Part shown: positions 8,247 to 14,225 of the stretch, piece after piece
Position numbering within the stretch: the stretch's first letter is position 1
Layout of the letters: each line of letters starts with the position of its first letter
Source: Richelia sp. CSU_2_1
GTDB taxonomy: Bacteria; Cyanobacteriota; Cyanobacteriia; Cyanobacteriales; Microcoleaceae
Assembly: GCA_012034575.1 (NCBI GenBank)
Contig: JAAUPF010000142.1
Coordinates: forward strand, 1-18,312
Direction of reading: 5' to 3'
Length of the DNA: 18,312 bases
Position numbers and translations under genes: made by a program
Notes under the pieces: model-generated
Database searches by the model: none
Told to the model about the DNA's origin: nothing
What the model saw: the letters and a program-made list of their open reading frames with translations, nothing else

Positions 8247-8819
8247 GTGACGAACAGATTCTTTCTTTTGGCAACTTCTGCTTGTATATTGACTGCATTA
8301 ATGCCTGCAACGCAAGTTTTTGGAGCGCGTGAAGTGTCGCCGCAATTGGCGCTGCAAGTGCCGGAACCGCAACAAATTGCTCGCACGGATACTGCGGTGC
8401 CTGTCAGAGACATTTTGGCAAAATTAAAAGGTAAAACGCAAGTACCAATTTTGATTCCTAACAGGATTCCTGTCTCCCAAAAACTTTACTATCAAACTCA
8501 AGCCAATGCAGACAGCTATACTATTTCTCTGGAGTTTACACCAGATTGCCGGGGTACGGGAGCTTGCACGCTTGGAGAATTTCGAGCGCAAAAAGGCGGC
8601 GAGTTTTCTACAAGAATAGAACGAGTAACCAAGACTTTAAAAAACGTGCAACTGGCGGGCGGAGTTAAAGGAGTTTTTCACAACGGTTGCGGGGCTTATT
8701 GCACGGCAAATCTGGAATGGAAAAATAAAGGTTTTATGTATACTGTAGCGATTAGAAACGGCCGGGAGGCAGATCTAATTAAAATTGCAAATTCTGCAAT
8801 TCAAGCTGGAATTAGATAA
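8247..8819 (+). CDS. Secreted hypothetical protein with a conserved Cys-containing C-terminal domain (paralog of 9193..10194).
   Basis: The start is GTG with GAGGAA 7 nt upstream. The N-terminal signal peptide is MTNRFFLLATSACILTALMPATQVFGA. The C-terminal approximately 130 aa align with the next gene: KGKT.VP...P.R, AGG.KG.FHNGCGAYC, IANSAI..G.R. Confidence 0.6.
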   Translation: MTNRFFLLATSACILTALMPATQVFGAREVSPQLALQVPEPQQIARTDTAVPVRDILAKLKGKTQVPILIPNRIPVSQKLYYQTQANADSYTISLEFTPDCRGTGACTLGEFRAQKGGEFSTRIERVTKTLKNVQLAGGVKGVFHNGCGAYCTANLEWKNKGFMYTVAIRNGREADLIKIANSAIQAGIR

Positions 8820-8923
8820 AATTTTCGGTAAACTATTGCAGAAAATCTGTGGGGATGGTTCGTAAATCTACAGCAGATTGCAGGTTCATCAAGTATAACC
8901 GTCGATCGAACCATCCTCGCAAT

Positions 8924-8964
8924 GACACGGCAGTGCCGTGTCCCTACCTGGGATTTATTTTTAG
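8924..8964 (+). terminator. Candidate intrinsic terminator after the first secreted-protein gene.
   Basis: A perfect hairpin gacacgg-cagtg-ccgtgtc at 8924-8942 is followed within 12 nt by ttatttttag. Confidence 0.35.
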
Positions 8965-9192
8965 CTCGCGCTTCATGAAAAAAGCTGTATAACTGATATA
9001 TTACAACAATACTAATAAAGGATTATTCTTGTGGTCGGGCGGGTTTATTTGATTTGTTTGCTGCTTTGAAGGTCCTTGGCGAATCCGCCCCTACATAAAT
9101 CGTAAAATTTGAGTGAAAATTTTTGGTAAAAACTTTAATAAAATATTTAAATCCTGCGTTGTTTTTGTTGACCTATTTCAAGGGAGATCGGA

Positions 9193-10194
9193 ATGAGAAA
9201 AAAATGGCTGTTTGGGGCATTTTTTTTGGGTGCAGTCACTGCTTTTACGATCGCACCTGCAACATCAAACTCAGCCCTAGCAAGGACGCAAGTCTCGATC
9301 GCAGAAATTCGCTGGTTGAATTATCCTACCCGAGATAATTGGCAATCGATCGAACTGATTGTACCCGATCGCGACAATACGAAAAAAGTCGATCGACTTA
9401 AGTTATCTTTGTACGACTTTCATGTTGCTAAGATGTTTGAGATTTCTCATTTTTTGTGCCAGCGCGATCGCACAGTTGTCGGATACAATTGGTCTTATCA
9501 ATTAGCAAATGGCAATATTGAAATCGGACGCTACAAAATTAGCTGCACCCTCGCCCGCCAAACAGCCGCAACTTACGGATTGGGGAAACCAGAAACAACG
9601 ACCATCCGTCGCAATTTCCAACTCCCAAATAACCGCCAATCTGTGGCTGTGGAAAAATATTTAATTCCTACTTTCAATATCGTTAAAAACAGATTTTCAG
9701 AGTGGCGGAAGTTTGCCAAACAATTACGGCCGATCGAAAATTCAGGCACGCAAAAAGCTAACAGTTCTTTTCCGGCAAATAACATATTTAAGCAAATTAA
9801 AGGCAAAACGCGAGTGCCTGTATTTCTGCCCAGCAGGCTGTTTTTACCTGCCACTCAGCAACTCGAATTTGACGTGCAAGCAGGCTCCCACGGTTACATC
9901 GTGAGAATGTATTTAGGTAAAGGATGCCGCACGAGAACTTGCTATTTCGGGACGATCGAAGCTATCAGAAGCGAACCCTTTTCACCGCCTTCTAATTTGC
10001 CGCGCGATACTTACAGGAGTATAGAATTAGCAGGGGGAATGAAAGCGATGTATTTTAATAAATGCGGTGCTTACTGCAATGCGTTTGTTGAGTGGCAAAG
10101 GTTGGGCGTACTGTATCGAGTAAGCAGGAAAAATGGCACGCAGCAAGAAGTCGTACAAATAGCAAATTCCGCAATTCGATCGGGACAACGATAA
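9193..10194 (+). CDS. Secreted hypothetical protein. It carries an N-terminal extra domain and the same C-terminal Cys-containing domain as 8247..8819.
   Basis: The start is ATG with GGGAGA upstream. The signal peptide is MRKKWLFGAFFLGAVTAFTIAPATS. The C-terminal block FKQIKGKTRVPVFLPSR...AGGMKAMYFNKCGAYCNAFVEW...IANSAIRSGQR parallels the upstream gene. Confidence 0.6.
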   Translation: MRKKWLFGAFFLGAVTAFTIAPATSNSALARTQVSIAEIRWLNYPTRDNWQSIELIVPDRDNTKKVDRLKLSLYDFHVAKMFEISHFLCQRDRTVVGYNWSYQLANGNIEIGRYKISCTLARQTAATYGLGKPETTTIRRNFQLPNNRQSVAVEKYLIPTFNIVKNRFSEWRKFAKQLRPIENSGTQKANSSFPANNIFKQIKGKTRVPVFLPSRLFLPATQQLEFDVQAGSHGYIVRMYLGKGCRTRTCYFGTIEAIRSEPFSPPSNLPRDTYRSIELAGGMKAMYFNKCGAYCNAFVEWQRLGVLYRVSRKNGTQQEVVQIANSAIRSGQR

Positions 10195-10197
10195 ATT

Positions 10198-10244
10198 CAG
10201 TTGACAGTTGATAGTTGGTAATTGGTAATTGGTAATTGGTAATT
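10198..10244. repeat. Heptamer repeats: ACAGTTG-type units (the reverse complement of CAACTGT) followed by GGTAATT in four copies.
   Basis: The sequence reads cagttgacagttgatagttggtaattggtaattggtaattggtaatt. It uses the same heptamer units as the arrays at 3539 and 6747. Confidence 0.9.
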
Positions 10245-10361
10245 CTCCAAATCTCCCAATCTAAAATCTAAAATATTCCCCTCTCCCCCTTTTCCTTTTT
10301 CCTTCTGTGAGGATTTGAGTAAATTGCTGTACAATTAAACTGTATCTAAAAACTCTAAGTT

Positions 10362-10799
10362 TTATTCTGGACAAACAGAATGGTCGCGATCGAACCAAAC
10401 GATGTAGTAAACAGATTGAACGCGAAACCCAAATATCCGTTTTTTCTCATCAATTCGCATCTCTGATAATCTTTCATCTTCAGGAATATTGTCAGGCAAA
10501 GTCGGATGGGTGTCAATTAACTTATAACCCGTTCCTACTGATTCATCTCGTTTTTTTGAGCCATGACCTTTGATTTGAGCCCAAGTATATTTTTCAATTT
10601 TCTTCAGTCCTGCAATTAGGTCATTGATTTCTGATGCTGTCCAATCGGACAGCAGCCAACGATTTTTATCTGCATAGGTAAATCGGAAGCTAGGATGCTC
10701 GTTATCTGTACTGCTTGGTTGGCTTAACAGGGTTGCTGCTTCTGGAATTTTTCTTTGTTGTTTTTGAGGTGGTTTTGGTATTTGATTCTTTTTTCCCAC
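10362..10799 (-). CDS. Small protein translationally abutting the Panacea gene. It is a putative toxin partner with a RelE/ParE-like C-terminal signature.
   Basis: The GTG start lies directly after the TAA of the upstream gene (TAAGTG). The C-terminus SEMRIDEKKRIFGFRVQSVYYIVWFDRDH resembles the RelE/ParE pattern (R.D...R.i..v....v.il.i.H). No other family was recognised. Confidence 0.4.
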   Translation of the reverse strand: MGKKNQIPKPPQKQQRKIPEAATLLSQPSSTDNEHPSFRFTYADKNRWLLSDWTASEINDLIAGLKKIEKYTWAQIKGHGSKKRDESVGTGYKLIDTHPTLPDNIPEDERLSEMRIDEKKRIFGFRVQSVYYIVWFDRDHSVCPE

Positions 10800-11255
10800 T
10801 TATGCCTCTACCAAAGATGAATAGCAGTCTTTCATATCATCGTGAGAGATGATGTTAGTTGATGTTTCCGCAGGTTCTAATCCCTTGCGAGCGTTTAACC
10901 AAGGCATCTCTGAGTGCGTTAGTTCTGCCAAATGTTTAGCACTTAATTCTCCATAAGCATTCCAAACTTCTTCGAGAACTTCGAGTTCATCTTCCTCAAA
11001 TTCTCCATCAAAGTTATCGGGAACGGGAATATCGCTATATTTGTAAGCTTTGTATTCATTCCAAACATCGCGGACAACAGGGCCGGAAACCCAAGCTTCA
11101 ACATCTTGAAAAAATAGCGGCTGGCTTCTAAAAACTAAACTCCAAGCTTGAGCGTAATACACGAGCTTTTGCAATTTGAGCAGAGAAATAGTATCGCCTG
11201 ATTCTCGATCGACCCGACATAAAAAGTAACGAGCTACATCCAGAGCACTTTTCAT
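10800..11255 (-). CDS. Panacea-domain (DUF4065, SocA/PanA-like) putative antitoxin.
   Basis: The core is ALDVARYFL....ISLLKLQKLVYYAQAWSLVF..QPLFFQDVEAWVSGPVV.DVW, which matches the DUF4065 consensus (KLqKLlYyaqgw ... eAW.yGPV). The ATG at 11255 is preferred. The ORF stays open to a TTG at 11282. Confidence 0.6.
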   Translation of the reverse strand: MKSALDVARYFLCRVDRESGDTISLLKLQKLVYYAQAWSLVFRSQPLFFQDVEAWVSGPVVRDVWNEYKAYKYSDIPVPDNFDGEFEEDELEVLEEVWNAYGELSAKHLAELTHSEMPWLNARKGLEPAETSTNIISHDDMKDCYSSLVEA

Positions 11256-11385
11256 AATTTGAGAATTTGAGTAATTTGACAAATTTACTTGTAATTATAA
11301 GATATTTGCTGGTTTAAAAAGATTTTGGATTGTGGATTTAAGATGTGAGATTTTTTTTGAGTTAGAACTTATATATGGGGACGGT

Positions 11386-11450
11386 GAAACCGGGTTTGTG
11401 GAGAAAATACTTCGTGGCGGCCAACAGCAAAGATAAAAAACCTGGTTTCT
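11386..11450. repeat. Small palindromic element: gaaaccgggttt ... aaaacctggtttct, related to the element at 13809-13872.
   Basis: Read directly. The arms are reverse complements of each other with one mismatch. Confidence 0.6.
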
Positions 11451-11706
11451 AGGCGTGGGAGTGCGTCAGTCCCCCGTGTTAGCCAATCCCGCATCGCCCG
11501 CAGCATTTCGCCAACAATCTCGATGGCGGCTCAGTTTGCTAGACCAAATGCTTGACTGGAAACACAAGAAAGCATTGCTGCTACTTGCGATCGAAATCTG
11601 ATATTTCTATTTTATCGCCCGAATTGCGCCAACCAGCAATTAAAGTCCCCACCTGCGGTAGGCTAGATGGGGTAAATATATCTGCTCCTAAATAAGCATC
11701 GTTCCT

Positions 11707-12678
11707 ATGTCTCCGATCGCATCTGCCCCCTCCAGAACCGTCCGCATCGGTTCTCGCAAAAGCCAACTCGCCCTCGTTCAAACTCATTGGGTGCAAGCAC
11801 AGCTTCAGAAACACTTTCCCGAACGTACTTTTGAAGTCCACACGATGGCCACGCAAGGCGATAAAATTCTTGATGTCGCCCTAGCCAAAATCGGCGATAA
11901 AGGACTTTTTACAAAAGAATTAGAAACGGGAATGCTGAACAATGAAACGGACTTTGCCGTTCATTCCCTCAAGGATTTGCCTACCAATTTGCCCGAAGGT
12001 TTAATTTTAGGATGCGTCACCGAACGGGAAAATCCTGCTGACGCCCTCGTAGTTCACGAAAAACACAAAGACAAGCAACTCGATACCCTGCCAGAAGGTG
12101 CTGTTATCGGCACTTCTTCCCTGCGCCGGCTCGCCCAATTGCGCCACCATTTCCCTCATTTTGAATTTAAAGATATTCGCGGCAATCTTAACACTAGACT
12201 CGCCAAATTGGATGAGGGCGGTTACGATGCAATTATTTTAGCAGTGGCGGGATTGGAAAGATTGGGAATGAGCGATCGCATCCATCAAATTATCGCTCCC
12301 GAAATCTCTTTGCACGCTGTCGGACAGGGTGCTTTGGGGATTGAATGCCGCGCCGGAGATCCAGAAATTCTACAAGTAATTAAAGCTTTAGAACATTCGG
12401 AAACCGCCCAACGGTGTTATGCCGAACGCGCATTTTTGCGGGAATTGGAAGGCGGCTGTCAAGTGCCGATCGGCGTTAATACTAACATAGAAAACGGTCA
12501 ATTAACTTTAACCGGCATGGTAGCCAGTCTCGACGGCAAGCGGTTAGTCAAAGACACTGTAACAGGTGCTGCCGAAACAGCCGAAATGTTGGGAATTGAC
12601 CTCGCTCACCGCTTGCGCAAACAAGGAGCGCAGGAAATTTTAGAGGAGATTTTTGTCGAAGTTCAGCGCGGTTCTTAG
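11707..12678 (+). CDS. hemC: Porphobilinogen deaminase (hydroxymethylbilane synthase).
   Basis: The classic HemC N-terminus is [14 protein letters not shown]. Further HemC blocks are [50 protein letters not shown] and ALG.ECR. Confidence 0.95.
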   Translation: MSPIASAPSRTVRIGSRKSQLALVQTHWVQAQLQKHFPERTFEVHTMATQGDKILDVALAKIGDKGLFTKELETGMLNNETDFAVHSLKDLPTNLPEGLILGCVTERENPADALVVHEKHKDKQLDTLPEGAVIGTSSLRRLAQLRHHFPHFEFKDIRGNLNTRLAKLDEGGYDAIILAVAGLERLGMSDRIHQIIAPEISLHAVGQGALGIECRAGDPEILQVIKALEHSETAQRCYAERAFLRELEGGCQVPIGVNTNIENGQLTLTGMVASLDGKRLVKDTVTGAAETAEMLGIDLAHRLRKQGAQEILEEIFVEVQRGS

Positions 12679-12934
12679 AGCGTGAAAATCTCTAGCCTTC
12701 ACTCAGCTTACCAGCAGTAAAAATGACTTGCCAGCCGCTGCTAACCAGCAGGTAAAGTCGCAGACAATTGTAGGTTTCAGGTGGAAAAGTCTAGATGGTG
12801 CGGAACTTACTAATGACCTCTATATATGGCGCGCAAGTAGGAGCAACCCCCCGCGGTTGCCCTCTCCCTCCAGCTACAATTAAGCATCCCGCAAAAGCAA
12901 CCAGCAATTTATCTAAATTGGGGAAAAGCAAAAT

Positions 12935-13765
12935 ATGAGCGATCTGGAAAGTACACTAAAGTTAGAAGTGGAAAAAGTTCAGCAACTTTACCGCAAAATG
13001 GAGGCCGATCGCGAAGCTTTGCAGCAGCAAGTGAAGGAACTCAAAACTCATTCGGGCAACTTTGCTGGTGCAGTCGATCGAGTCTTGCCCTCCGTAGTTT
13101 CAGTGTATGTCATGGATTGGGATTTAGAAGAAGAAATTTCCTCCGGCAGCGGCTTCTTTGTCTCCCCCGATCTCATTGTAACCAACTATCACGTAATCGA
13201 AGATATTGCCGAGGAAGATTATTTTTACGAAGAAGATGAAGTAGAACTTGTTTTAGTGGAAACTTACGGCGGACAAATGCGGCTGGCCGAAGTAGTTTTT
13301 ACCGGCAATGCGGAAGAAGATTTAGCTTTGCTATTAGTTACGGATTTTATCATCAACCCGGAAACCGGAGAACAAGTAGAATCTCCTCAAGAATATGCAC
13401 CCCTAGAACTGTCTTTTGATGTCAAAGTGGGAGATCCAGTAATTGCGGTAGGAAATCCTCTAGGGGAGTTTGCTGCAACTGTAACCCAGGGCATTATTAG
13501 TGCAATTCGCGAACCCGACGAGTATGAAGAAGGAGAGGACGAAGACAGCGATATTGCGGAAGTGAAAATATTGCAAACTGATGCGGCGATCAATCCGGGA
13601 AATTCGGGCGGCCCGTTAATTAATGCAGCCGGTCAAGTTGTCGGAGTGAATACGTGGGGTTGGGAAGAAGCCGACAGCATCAATTTGGCAATTTCTGCTG
13701 AAGCTTTGGATGACTTTTTAGCCGGATTTGAGGAAACTTTTGAAGGCCAACCCGAAGAAGAATAG
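12935..13765 (+). CDS. Trypsin-like (S1/HtrA-like, no PDZ domain) serine protease. It is cytoplasmic, with an N-terminal coiled coil and acidic inserts.
   Basis: The catalytic triad contexts are GSGFFVSPDLIVTNYHVI (His), EEDLALLLV (Asp) and TDAAINPGNSGGPLIN (Ser). There is no signal peptide. The N-terminal 40 aa are heptad-like (LKLEVEKVQQLYRKMEADREALQQQVKEL). There are Glu/Asp-rich stretches (EPDEYEEGEDEDSD, EGQPEEE). Confidence 0.85.
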   Translation: MSDLESTLKLEVEKVQQLYRKMEADREALQQQVKELKTHSGNFAGAVDRVLPSVVSVYVMDWDLEEEISSGSGFFVSPDLIVTNYHVIEDIAEEDYFYEEDEVELVLVETYGGQMRLAEVVFTGNAEEDLALLLVTDFIINPETGEQVESPQEYAPLELSFDVKVGDPVIAVGNPLGEFAATVTQGIISAIREPDEYEEGEDEDSDIAEVKILQTDAAINPGNSGGPLINAAGQVVGVNTWGWEEADSINLAISAEALDDFLAGFEETFEGQPEEE

Positions 13766-13776
13766 TCTGTTATATT

Positions 13777-13895
13777 TGACATCTTGCAGCATTCTCAATA
13801 ACCAAGCGAGAAACCGGGTTTCTGATGAAAAATATCTGTTTTTATGCAGAGTTTTTTCCAGAAACCCGGTTTTTGACATTGCTGCAAGATCTGAG
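13777..13895. repeat. Nested inverted-repeat element. The outer arms are atcttgcagca / tgctgcaagat, and the inner arms are agaaaccgggtttct / agaaacccggttt.
   Basis: Read directly. It sits 12 nt after the protease stop codon and could fold into a long stem-loop. The same gaaaccgggttt motif recurs at 11386. Confidence 0.7.
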
Positions 13896-14057
13896 TTATA
13901 TCTGAGATCTTTCACCTTTCTCAATAGGCAGCAGCTTCACTTTTTGGATGTAACATTTTGTAGTTTTGTTACAAGTTTGTAACTCCCACAAGAGAGAGAG
14001 TACGATCGACACAACATAACTGATACAGGATTCATCCACGCAGTAATTTGAACAGCT

Positions 14058-14133
14058 ATTTGCAGGTAAGGTGCGCAGTGCGCACCCTACAAATTATTTG
14101 CCGGTAAGGTGCGCAGTGCGCACCCTACAAATT
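14058..14133. repeat. Two abutting copies of a 38-bp unit (atttgc(a/c)ggtaaggtgcgcagtgcgcaccctacaaatt). Each contains a perfect 17-bp palindrome, GGTGCGCAGTGCGCACC.
   Basis: Read directly. It lies about 95 nt upstream of the MVP start codon, so it is a candidate dyad-symmetric operator or hairpin pair. Confidence 0.8.
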
Positions 14134-14225
14134 ACAAGTCAACTGTTTAAAAACCTCCATTACAATCGCCATCCAAGTCGCATCTCAACTACCAGCAAAA
14201 CAGCCTACAACCAACTATTAACATC

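Noticed and set aside
7880-8413. Minus-strand ORFs 7880..8122 and 8129..8413.
   Set aside because: They overlap the rnl 5' end and the start of the secreted-protein gene, in a divergent promoter region. There is no homology signal, and 8129..8413 is antisense to the well-supported signal-peptide region.
11581-11856. 91-aa minus-strand ORF overlapping the hemC start.
   Set aside because: It is antisense to the highly conserved HemC N-terminus and has no recognisable features.
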